A stretch of DNA of 63,151 nt, filler included, from Hausera hauseri (Eukaryota), in NCBI GenBank assembly GCA_046269625.1. It is 9 parts of 9 records of this genome, joined end to end, with 100 filler letters (N's around TTAATTAATTAA, not from the genome) between each part and the next. Parts side by side here need not be neighbours in the genome. Positions count along the whole stretch, not along the records: positions 11,585 to 17,216 come from JBJURY010193638.1; positions 17,317 to 23,286 come from JBJURY010160089.1; 7 more parts are not named here. One strand, given 5' to 3'. Positions 11,619 through 20,300 of the stretch are shown piece after piece (position 1 is the first letter of the stretch; every line of letters starts with the position of its first letter). Under the pieces are notes generated by a model, which saw nothing but the letters and a program-made list of their open reading frames with translations, made no database searches and was not told where the DNA came from. Position numbers and translations under genes: made by a program.

Positions 11619-13586
11619 TTATGTTTCCTCAAATAAACTTTTATTTCCAATTTCTAACACCCCACCAATGACTACTTCATCTTCCACTAATGATAGATAT
11701 GGTTTTATATTCCTAACATTTACTCGCGTGGCTCCGCTCTCTCTCTCTATATGGGCCACACTTCCTTGAATGTTTATTAGTTTAAAAGGGCCTTTATATA
11801 CAGGTTCCAACTTCCCCCTTCCATATTGTAGGTCTTTCACTAATACGAATTTAGCTTCTTTTAGAGTTTTGGGCATATAAACCGACGGGTTTTTTCCACG
11901 AAATTTCGGGCTCAGCACTTGACTCATAAAAAACTCTAACCGTTCCGCGTACGCACACATAGACAACGGCAAGAATTCCCTTTCTCCCTTAATGATATCT
12001 CCCGGCAAAACGACATTCTGCCCCATCATTAACATATTTGGGGTAATTCCCTCCCCCGTAATGGGAGCTGATCGTAGCGCCAATAACGCGAAGGGTAATA
12101 ACTCGACCCAGTGAGATGCTTGGGTTTCATCGGCAATTAGCATGCTCCGCAAAGTGTTGAGCAGTGTTTTATGCATATTTTCAACCAAACCATTGCTTCT
12201 GGGGTTCCCTGGGGCGGTTCGACGGTGAATTATGCCTAACTGAGAGCAGACACTGGTAAATAATTCACTTTCCATTTGAGAGCCCTGATCGGTAATTAGC
12301 GCCTTGCACACTCCTGCAACTGGAACAATTTCCCTAATAAAGGTTTCCACAATAGTTTTCGCTTCAATATTCCGCAATGGGAAAACGAAAGGATACCGAG
12401 AAAATCGATCAATCAGCGTCAATATATATTTAAATTGTTTGTGCATGGGCATCTTAAGAATATCTAAATGCATTACTTCAAATTTTCTTTTTACTGATTT
12501 AAAAGGTGTAAACTCCGGAGAAATATTCCGAAATACTTTGGATTTTTGACACGCATCACACGCGGCGACAATACGTTTTATCTTAGACATCATTTTCGGA
12601 AACACAAAATTCTCTCGTAAATTTAAATACGTACGTTGAACTCCATAGTGTTGCATTCTATGGTATCTCAAAATTAACTCTTTTTCTAGCTTCTCCGGCA
12701 CATATAATCGAGGGGACGTTTGACGGCCTTCACGACCGCAATTTGATATATCACCATATAATTTAATCGATTTTACGCCAGTATCAAATTCAACCTCCTT
12801 CAATTGCAAACTTGTCTTCAATTTTCCGGATAGATAATCATGCAACGTCTCATCTTCATATTGAGCCTCTTTTAATCGTTTAAAATCAATTCCTTCATTA
12901 AAATTTTTAAAAATACCCAAAAGCGAATTTACGGTCACTTTTTTTACGACCTTATCCTCGGTCCTTGTTTCTTCTCCCCCACTCAGGGGAAGAGAAACCT
13001 TCTCAGATTCATCTCCCCCACTCAGGGGAAGAGAAACCTTCTCAGATTCATCTCCCCCACTCCCCAATTTCAGCTCAGCTTTGTTATTATACTCGTCGGC
13101 AAAAGGCCCCCCTTCAAACGGGAAATTGGGCATTCTAGTGGTCGTGACATACTTAATTCTTAGATCGTATTCCGAAATATACGATATATACCGCCTTTCT
13201 CGCATACACAGAGTTGAATGTAAAGAGTTACTTTCAAGTATTCTTTTTACCGATTTATTAAGTACATAAACTATTATCTCTTTCCCCGCACACAAATAAA
13301 CAAACTTTTTAAGCATATTAACAATCGTTAAAAGTGTTTTACTAAAATTTGTATATTTCTCTTCATCACTGGTCAAAACATGGCTATAAAAAGCCAAAGG
13401 AAGGTGTCTCCCTTCTTTCTCCAATTCACAAACCGTCCCAGCCAACACATGGCTTTCCTCTTGTATAAACAATTCGACCCTTGCGTCCACATCGGGAAAT
13501 GTTAAGGGGATCATCTGTTTTAAGAGCCGCTTACTTATTTCAAAGGCGGTTAATTCCTGTGGAGACAAAATCACTCTCACCCCCAA
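11619..13586 (-). CDS. pol: Pol part 2: RNase H-like (non-catalytic) + integrase
   Basis: PLAFYSHVL..E.KY RNase H scaffold; H...H/C..C; HLDIL, ITDQG, SNGLVENMH; YKGPFK. In the +1 frame relative to part 1. Confidence 0.92.
   Translation of the reverse strand: MGVRVILSPQELTAFEISKRLLKQMIPLTFPDVDARVELFIQEESHVLAGTVCELEKEGRHLPLAFYSHVLTSDEEKYTNFSKTLLTIVNMLKKFVYLCAGKEIIVYVLNKSVKRILESNSLHSTLCMRERRYISYISEYDLRIKYVTTTRMPNFPFEGGPFADEYNNKAELKLGSGGDESEKVSLPLSGGDESEKVSLPLSGGEETRTEDKVVKKVTVNSLLGIFKNFNEGIDFKRLKEAQYEDETLHDYLSGKLKTSLQLKEVEFDTGVKSIKLYGDISNCGREGRQTSPRLYVPEKLEKELILRYHRMQHYGVQRTYLNLRENFVFPKMMSKIKRIVAACDACQKSKVFRNISPEFTPFKSVKRKFEVMHLDILKMPMHKQFKYILTLIDRFSRYPFVFPLRNIEAKTIVETFIREIVPVAGVCKALITDQGSQMESELFTSVCSQLGIIHRRTAPGNPRSNGLVENMHKTLLNTLRSMLIADETQASHWVELLPFALLALRSAPITGEGITPNMLMMGQNVVLPGDIIKGEREFLPLSMCAYAERLEFFMSQVLSPKFRGKNPSVYMPKTLKEAKFVLVKDLQYGRGKLEPVYKGPFKLINIQGSVAHIERESGATRVNVRNIKPYLSLVEDEVVIGGVLEIGNKSLFEET
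12974..13062 (-). repeat. 39-bp in-frame tandem duplication (SGGDESEKVSLPL x2.3)
   Basis: Identical units start at 12974 and 13013, with a partial unit at 13052. Confidence 0.97.
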
Positions 13587-15978
13587 AAGGATTTCCTTTC
13601 AATAACAATTGTAGCGGACGGATAACACGCGCAAAATTCGGGACATGTCCACGAAAAAAATTTATGGCCCCTATAAAAGCTCTGATATCTTTAATGGTTC
13701 GAGGGACTTTAATTTTATTTATGGCTTCGACTTTTGACTTGCTTGGTCTAATTTCGTTATAAGAAATATCAAACCCGAGATAAGTCACTTGTTCTTGAGC
13801 AATAAAACACTTTTTCGGCGTTAATTTTAGATTTAATTTATTCAAACGGACTAGGACTTCCTCCAAAATCACTCTATGTTGTTCTATAGTCTCCGTAGCA
13901 ATCAAAATATCATCTAAATATATAAACACATCAGGTAAATCTCCTAGAATAATATTAATAAAACGCATAAAAGCCCCTGGTGCAACTGACAACCCTTGAG
14001 CTAATCTCGTGAAAGAGAAAGATCCGAATACAGTATTAATTGTGCACATACGTTGACTTTCCTTATCAATGGGAACTAAAAAATAAGCTTTAGATAAGTC
14101 GGCCACAGTAAAAACGCGTTTATTTTTTAACATAAAAATGACATCATTTTGCGCGGGAATATTAAAAGTGTTCTTGAAAATTATTTTATTTAAAAGTCGG
14201 AAGTCCACCGTCAACCGCACACGACCATCGCCCTTTGCTACAAAAACGCACGGAAAGCCAAATTCAGTCCTGTGAGAAGGGATTAAAACACCACCCCTCA
14301 CAAGCTCCTCTATCTCTTCTTTGGCAGCTTTATAAAACTTGTTTGCGATACGCCGCGCGGGGATACTTATAGCCTTTGCACTCGGTTTCAGCTTAATTTT
14401 ATAAGGTAACATAGCCTTTAATGCATCCACTTGCATCTTATTTAAAACCCCCAATGAAGCGTTTAAATTCTCCACCCCTCCCCCATTTTCCTCAAAAGGA
14501 GTTTTCGGGGGCTCGGCGTAAATATCGAGAAACACATTCGGAAAGCTATTTACCAATTCGACAAAACACGGATTTATCTGTTTCGACGGTGGAAATATAG
14601 CGCACAAACTATCGTAACTCACATAATTATGGCCAATATTTTCCTGTTTAAACAATTTAATTTCTCTATCTATCTCTCTATCAAATAAAACTCCTTCACT
14701 TAAATTTAATACGAAATTATATTTACGTAAGAAACTCATTCCCAAAATAGGCATGGCCACGTCGGCGATACAACATGTGACTGTATACGCTCGACGCACA
14801 CCAAAATCCAAAACTAATTCTTTTTCTGCGTACACACACACACTAGTGTCATTCGCAGCTTTCAAACTTCCTACAGGGTCCCTCCTCCTAAAAAGTCGAT
14901 TAGCGGGCCAGATATTCAGATTGCTTCCCGTATCAATCAAAAAATATCGTTTGTGATTAAACTCATATACATAAAGCAATGAATTTTCATGTGTACTTTT
15001 AAACCCCATGTGCGCGCAAAAATACCCACTATCTTCCCCGTCGTGAGAGAAAGCATCTCGTATTTCCCAACCTAAATTTGGGGCGTGACCGCGAATTTTA
15101 TTGTTTAAGATTTTATTACCTTCCCTTTCCAATTTTAAAATTAAATCGTTATCAACACTTGATTTAATATTACATGTATAACAATTGTTAATTCTTTTAG
15201 TTTCTCTTACAACATCAAAATCAATATTTTTTTTTTTAAAATTATACATCAAATTTTTATTATTCCATTCAGTTATAGAGAAAATTGAACGGTTACTCCC
15301 CACTTTAAAAGGAAATGATTGAAGCTCGGCCAGAGTACCAGACCCCCTCTCCCCCAAAGTGGGTTTTTCGACCAGAACCCCCATCTTCGGATGAGAGAAG
15401 GCCAGACTCGAAATTTTCCTCCATGAAATTTTATTATCAAATAAATTACCGTCAAAATTAATTTCTTGAAATTCCATACTAAGTAAATTAAAATTTTGCA
15501 CTAACTTATATTTTAATTTTAATCCAATTTTTACCTTATTAAGAGCGCTAAACAATTTTGTTAATAATTTTTTTCTTTTTAAAGGGCACAAATAAAGAAG
15601 ACCTTTTTGTTGAGACAGCGAAGGAGTGTATTTGATTTCACTTACAGCTCCTTCTCCCCCCCAAACCCTCGGTCTCTTACCAGCCCTAAGCTCCCTACTC
15701 ATTAAATGACATGTGACGTCATATGAATTGAAATTACTTTTCTCTATAAAATGTCTATTGTCATAATTTCTATCAATTAAAGGAATACATATATCTATAA
15801 CATTATTTTCTAAACTATTTGAAGTATAAAATCTACAATTAATAATATTGTTAAAAGATACATTACGAATTTTCTTCGTCGGTTTTATTTTATTTTCTCT
15901 TTGGAAAGGGCTGACTAATTTTCTCGAGTGGGGGAGGGTAAATTTTGTCCCGTCTCCCCCACTCCATGGCTGTTTTTT
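13540..15978 (-). CDS. pol: Pol part 1: long N-terminal segment + aspartic protease + reverse transcriptase
   Basis: YFLIDTGS, PILGMSFL, DGRVRLTVDFRLLN, ADLSKAYF, YLDDILI, YLGF. Confidence 0.93.
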   Translation of the reverse strand, partial: KKQPWSGGDGTKFTLPHSRKLVSPFQRENKIKPTKKIRNVSFNNIINCRFYTSNSLENNVIDICIPLIDRNYDNRHFIEKSNFNSYDVTCHLMSRELRAGKRPRVWGGEGAVSEIKYTPSLSQQKGLLYLCPLKRKKLLTKLFSALNKVKIGLKLKYKLVQNFNLLSMEFQEINFDGNLFDNKISWRKISSLAFSHPKMGVLVEKPTLGERGSGTLAELQSFPFKVGSNRSIFSITEWNNKNLMYNFKKKNIDFDVVRETKRINNCYTCNIKSSVDNDLILKLEREGNKILNNKIRGHAPNLGWEIRDAFSHDGEDSGYFCAHMGFKSTHENSLLYVYEFNHKRYFLIDTGSNLNIWPANRLFRRRDPVGSLKAANDTSVCVYAEKELVLDFGVRRAYTVTCCIADVAMPILGMSFLRKYNFVLNLSEGVLFDREIDREIKLFKQENIGHNYVSYDSLCAIFPPSKQINPCFVELVNSFPNVFLDIYAEPPKTPFEENGGGVENLNASLGVLNKMQVDALKAMLPYKIKLKPSAKAISIPARRIANKFYKAAKEEIEELVRGGVLIPSHRTEFGFPCVFVAKGDGRVRLTVDFRLLNKIIFKNTFNIPAQNDVIFMLKNKRVFTVADLSKAYFLVPIDKESQRMCTINTVFGSFSFTRLAQGLSVAPGAFMRFINIILGDLPDVFIYLDDILIATETIEQHRVILEEVLVRLNKLNLKLTPKKCFIAQEQVTYLGFDISYNEIRPSKSKVEAINKIKVPRTIKDIRAFIGAINFFRGHVPNFARVIRPLQLLLKGNPFGGESDFVSTGINRL

Positions 15979-16982
15979 GGAGGTGGCTTCGCGGTAATCC
16001 CATACATTAGGCAATATGGGCCTTCACAGTGATATGCTCTTTGCCCAAAGCGCAAATGCGGCCCACAAACCTTATTCCTTTGTTGGGGAGGGGCTCGATC
16101 CCGTCCCCTAGGGGTAGGGCTTCTCCGTCTCATGTTTTTCTCGCTTTTCGTTGTACGTCCCTCTTCAATCTTGCCCACTCTAGTCAAAATAGATAGAATT
16201 GTTTCTTGCATCCCGGCAATTAATAAATAGATATCTTCCAATTTATTCTCTTTGGGGATCTCTTCTGTAGATTTTACTTGCCATTTTTCATCCCCTTTTC
16301 TCTCTTGCGTGATTAAATGATTACAATCGTAACGGGGTCGATCTTCCAAGAGGGTATCGGCGGCCGCAGCCAGCTGAGAAAGCGTATTATTACTTAAAAG
16401 CAACTTCAATGACCTTGCTATATCCTTGGGCAAAGCTCGTAAAAATACTTCCGAAAGAAAAGAAGATTCCCTTAATTCCCATTGTTCGAAGGTGTCTTCT
16501 CCGATCAAACTTTTTATTCGTAACAAGTATTCTGATGGCAATTCTCCAATCTTCATTTTGGAAGAAAAAAGCTCATTAATTCGGGTACGATAACTGGGAG
16601 CATATTTTTCATGCAAAATTTTTTTCAACTGCTGAAAACTCTCTTCATGTAAAGGTAACTCTAACGCCCTCAGAACCTGGGGGGGCAGGTAACTACTTAA
16701 AAACCTTACCCTTTCTATTGCGTCTGTGATGCCATTTACCCTTAATAACAGGTCGGCATGATTAAACCAGGCCAGAGCATCTTCTTTGTCAAATTTTGGT
16801 AATTCTATGAAAGTACTTCTCTTCATTAGCCTACGTGGTGTTACGTCATCAAATAGTTGGCGTGGCGTGCCATATCCTGTTCTCTGATTCGTCGAGGCAG
16901 ATGGCATCGCATGTTCGGTTTCACCGGCGTTTCTCGGTTCGCTGCTTGATCTGCGTCTCAAGTTTCTTCCACGAGTAGCCAT
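15915..16982 (-). CDS. gag: Gypsy Gag
   Basis: LPKFDKEDALAWF, PSEYL, FLRALP, C-terminal CGPHLRFGQRAYHCEGPYC knuckle. Start taken at the MATRGR ATG. Confidence 0.9.
   Translation of the reverse strand: MATRGRNLRRRSSSEPRNAGETEHAMPSASTNQRTGYGTPRQLFDDVTPRRLMKRSTFIELPKFDKEDALAWFNHADLLLRVNGITDAIERVRFLSSYLPPQVLRALELPLHEESFQQLKKILHEKYAPSYRTRINELFSSKMKIGELPSEYLLRIKSLIGEDTFEQWELRESSFLSEVFLRALPKDIARSLKLLLSNNTLSQLAAAADTLLEDRPRYDCNHLITQERKGDEKWQVKSTEEIPKENKLEDIYLLIAGMQETILSILTRVGKIEEGRTTKSEKNMRRRSPTPRGRDRAPPQQRNKVCGPHLRFGQRAYHCEGPYCLMYGITAKPPPKNSHGVGETGQNLPSPTREN
15926..15978 (-). promoter_or_regulatory. Programmed -1 ribosomal frameshift signal
   Basis: In-frame A_AAA_AAC (15972-15978), 7-nt spacer, perfect 11-bp stem GAGTGGGGGAG/CTCCCCCACTC. 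pol is in the -1 frame. Confidence 0.92.
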
Positions 16983-17112
16983 TTTCTTACAACAATTTGC
17001 GTTTATTTGAATACGTTCACAAAATTTAATTATAATAGTTAATGACACTGAACTGCACTTTGCAATCACTAATTCACTTTATGATTTTAAAGCTCTTAAC
17101 ATAGTACGACTG

Positions 17113-17130
17113 TCACACAGGGGGCAACCA
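17113..17130 (-). promoter_or_regulatory. Primer-binding site, elongator tRNA-Met-like
   Basis: TGGTTGCCCCCTGTGTGA, 2 nt after a ...TTCA LTR end; resembles TGGTGCCCCGTGTGA. Confidence 0.65.
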
Positions 17131-17132
17131 AA

Positions 17133-17216
17133 TGAATTGCAACACAAATAAACAAAGTAATAAGTTTTGACTCCAATTGGCTGATTAATAACGTCAATTA
17201 AAAAAGGCTGAAAGAT
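17133..17216 (-). repeat. 3' end of the 5' LTR (truncated by contig end)
   Basis: Ends in CA immediately before the PBS. Confidence 0.6.
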
Positions 17217-17316
17217 NNNNNNNNNNNNNNNNNNNNNNNNNNNNNNNNNNNNNNNNNNNNTTAATTAATTAANNNNNNNNNNNNNNNNNNNNNNNNNNNN
17301 NNNNNNNNNNNNNNNN
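17217..17316. other. Artificial contig linker
   Basis: 44N-TTAATTAATTAA-44N. Confidence 0.99.
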
Positions 17317-20300
17317 CATTGGGGTGAGTCCGAAATATTCAGATGGCCGGAACTGGTTGTCTCCATAATTTTTTCGACTGAAACCATTGGGGTGAGTCCG
17401 AATATGCAGGTGTTCGAAACTGGCTGTCTCCAAAATTTTTTCCGTTTCAACCCATTGCGGTGAAGCCGAATATGCAGACGACCGGAACTGGTTGTCTTCA
17501 TAATTTTTTCTTACTCAACTCCTTTCGGCGAATCCGAATATGCAGATGTCCGAAACTGGTTTCCTCCACAATTTTATCCGACTCAACTCATTGCGGTGAA
17601 TCCGAATATGCAAATGGTCGGAACTGGTTGTCTCCATAATTTTTTCGACTGAAACCATTGGTGTGAATCCGAATATGCAGGTGTTCGAAACTGGCTGTCT
17701 CCAAAATCTTTTTTGACTCATCTCATTGCGGTTAGTCCGAATAGTCCGGTGTTTGAAATTGGCTTTTACCAAATTTATTTTCGACTCAACTCATTGCGGT
17801 GAATCCGGATATGCAGATGTCCGGAACTGGTTGTTTCCATAATTATTCCCGACTGAAGTCATTGGGGTGAGTCCAAATATGCAGGTGTTCAAAACTGCCT
17901 GCCTCCAAAATTTTTTTCGATTCAACTTCTTGCGGTGAGTCCGAATATGCCGTTGTTTGAAACTGGCTGTCTCCAAAATTTTTTTCGACTCAACTGATTT
18001 CGGGGAATCCGAGAAAGCAGGCCTTCGAAGCTGGTTCTCTCCAAAACTTTTTCCGACTCAACTCATTGCGGTGCGGCCTAATGGACAGGTTTTAGAAACT
18101 GGCTCTCGCCAAAATTATTCTCGACTAAACTCTTTGCGGTGAAGCTGAATACGCAGGACTTCGAAACTGGCTGTCTCCAAAAATTTTTCCGACTCAACTC
18201 ATTGCGGTAAATGGGAATATGTAGGTGTCCGGAACTGGTTGTCACCATAATTTTATCCGACTCAACTCACTGCGGTGAAACTGAAAACGCAGGTTTCCGG
18301 AACTGGCTGTCTCCAAAATTTTTTCGGCCTCAATACATTTCGGAGTGTACAAATAACCGGCTGTTCGAAACTGGCACTCTGAAAATTTTTTTCCGACTCA
18401 AATCATTGCGGTGTGTCTGAATATGCAGATGACCGGAACTGGTTGTCTCTATAATTTTTTCGACTAAACCCAGTGGGGTGAGTAAGAATATGCAGGTGTT
18501 TGAAACTGGCAGTGTCCAAAATTTTTTTCGATTCAACTGATTGCGGTGAGTCCGAATATGCAGGTGTTCGAAACTGGCTCTCTCCAAAGTTATTTTGGAC
18601 TAAACTCATTGCGGTAAGGCTGAATACGCAGGACTTCGAAACTGGCTGTCTCCAAAATTTTTTCCGACTCTAGTCATTGCGGTGCATGCGAATAAGTAGG
18701 TGTCCGTAACTGGTTGTCTCCATAATTTTATCCGACTCAGTTTATTGCGCTGAGGCTGAATATGCAGGAATTGCAAACTGGCTGTCTCCAAAATTTTTTC
18801 CGACTCAACTCGTTGCGGTGAATCCGAATAAGCAGGTGTCCGTAAGTGGTTGGCTCCAAAATTTTGTCGCTTCAACACATTGCGGTGAAGCCGAATAAGC
18901 AGACGTCCGGAACTGGTTGTCTCCATAATTTTATCCGACTCAGTTCATTGCGCTAAGGCTGAATATGCACGAATTGCAAACTCGCTGTTTCCAAAATTTT
19001 TTCCGACTCAACTCACTGCGGTGAATCCAAATACGCAGATGTCCGGAACTGGTTGCTTCCATAATTTTATCCGACTCAACTCATTGCGGTGCGGCCTAAT
19101 GTGCAGGTTTTCGAAACTGCCTGTCTCCAAAATTTTTTTCGACTCAACTCATTGCGGTGAGGCTGATTATGCAAGACTTCGAAACTGACTGTCTCCAAAA
19201 TTTTTTTTGACTACACTCATTGCCGTGAATCCGAATATGCAGATGCCCGAAACTGGTTCTCTCGATAATTTTTTGGATGAAAGCCATTGTTGTGAGTCCG
19301 AATATGCGGGTGTTTGAAACTGGTTGTCTCCAAAATATTTTCCGACTCAACTCCATGCGGTGAATCCGAATATGCAGATGTCTAAAACTGGTTGCCTCCA
19401 CAATTTTATCCGACTGAACTCATTGCGGTTAGGCTAAATATGCAGGACTCCGAAATTGGCTGTCTCCAAAATTTTTTTCAACTCAACTCATTGCGCAGAA
19501 TACGAATATGCAGATGTCCGGAAATGGTTGTCTTCATCATTTTTTCGATTGACGCCATTGGTGTGAGTGAGAATATCCAGGTGTTTGAAATTGGCTGGAT
19601 CCAAAATTTTTTTCGACTCAACTCATTGCGGTGCGACCTAATTGGGCATGTTTTCAAAACTGGCTGTCTCCAAAATTTTTTCCGATTCAACTCATTGCGA
19701 TGAAACAGAATAACCAGGTGTCTGAAACTGGTTGTCTCCAAAATTTTTTCATACTCAACTCCTTGCGGTGAATCCGAATATGCAGATGTCCGGAAATAGT
19801 TGCCTGCATAATTTTATCCGACTCAACTTATTGTCGTGAATCCGAATATGCAGATGGCCGGAACTAGTTGTCTCCATAATTTTTTCGACTGAAACCATTG
19901 GGGTAAGTCCGAATATGCAGGTGTTCGAAACTGGCTGTCTCCAAAATTTTTCCGTTTCAACCCATTGCGGTGAAGCCGAATATGCAGACGACCGGAATTG
20001 GTTGTCTCCATAAATTTTTCCTACTTAACTCCTTGCGGTGAATCCGAATATGCAGATGTCCGAAATTGGTTGCCTCCATAATTTTATCCGACTCAACTTA
20101 TTGCGGTGAATCCGAATATGCAAATGGCCGGAACTGGCTGTCTCCAAAATCTTTTTTGACTCATATCATTGCGGTGAGTCCGAATAGTCCGGTGCTCGAA
20201 ACTGGCTCTCTCCAAATTTATTTTCGACTCAACTAATTGCGGTGAATACGGATATGCAGATGTCCGGAACAGGTTGTCTCCATAATTATTTCCGACTGAA

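Larger units (their letters stand above)
11585..17216 (-). mobile_element. Near-intact Ty3/Gypsy element with degenerate RNase H
   Basis: LTR end + PBS, gag, -1 frameshift signal, PR (LIDTGS), RT (YLDD), RH-like fold, IN (HHCC, D,D,E, GPF). Confidence 0.96.
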
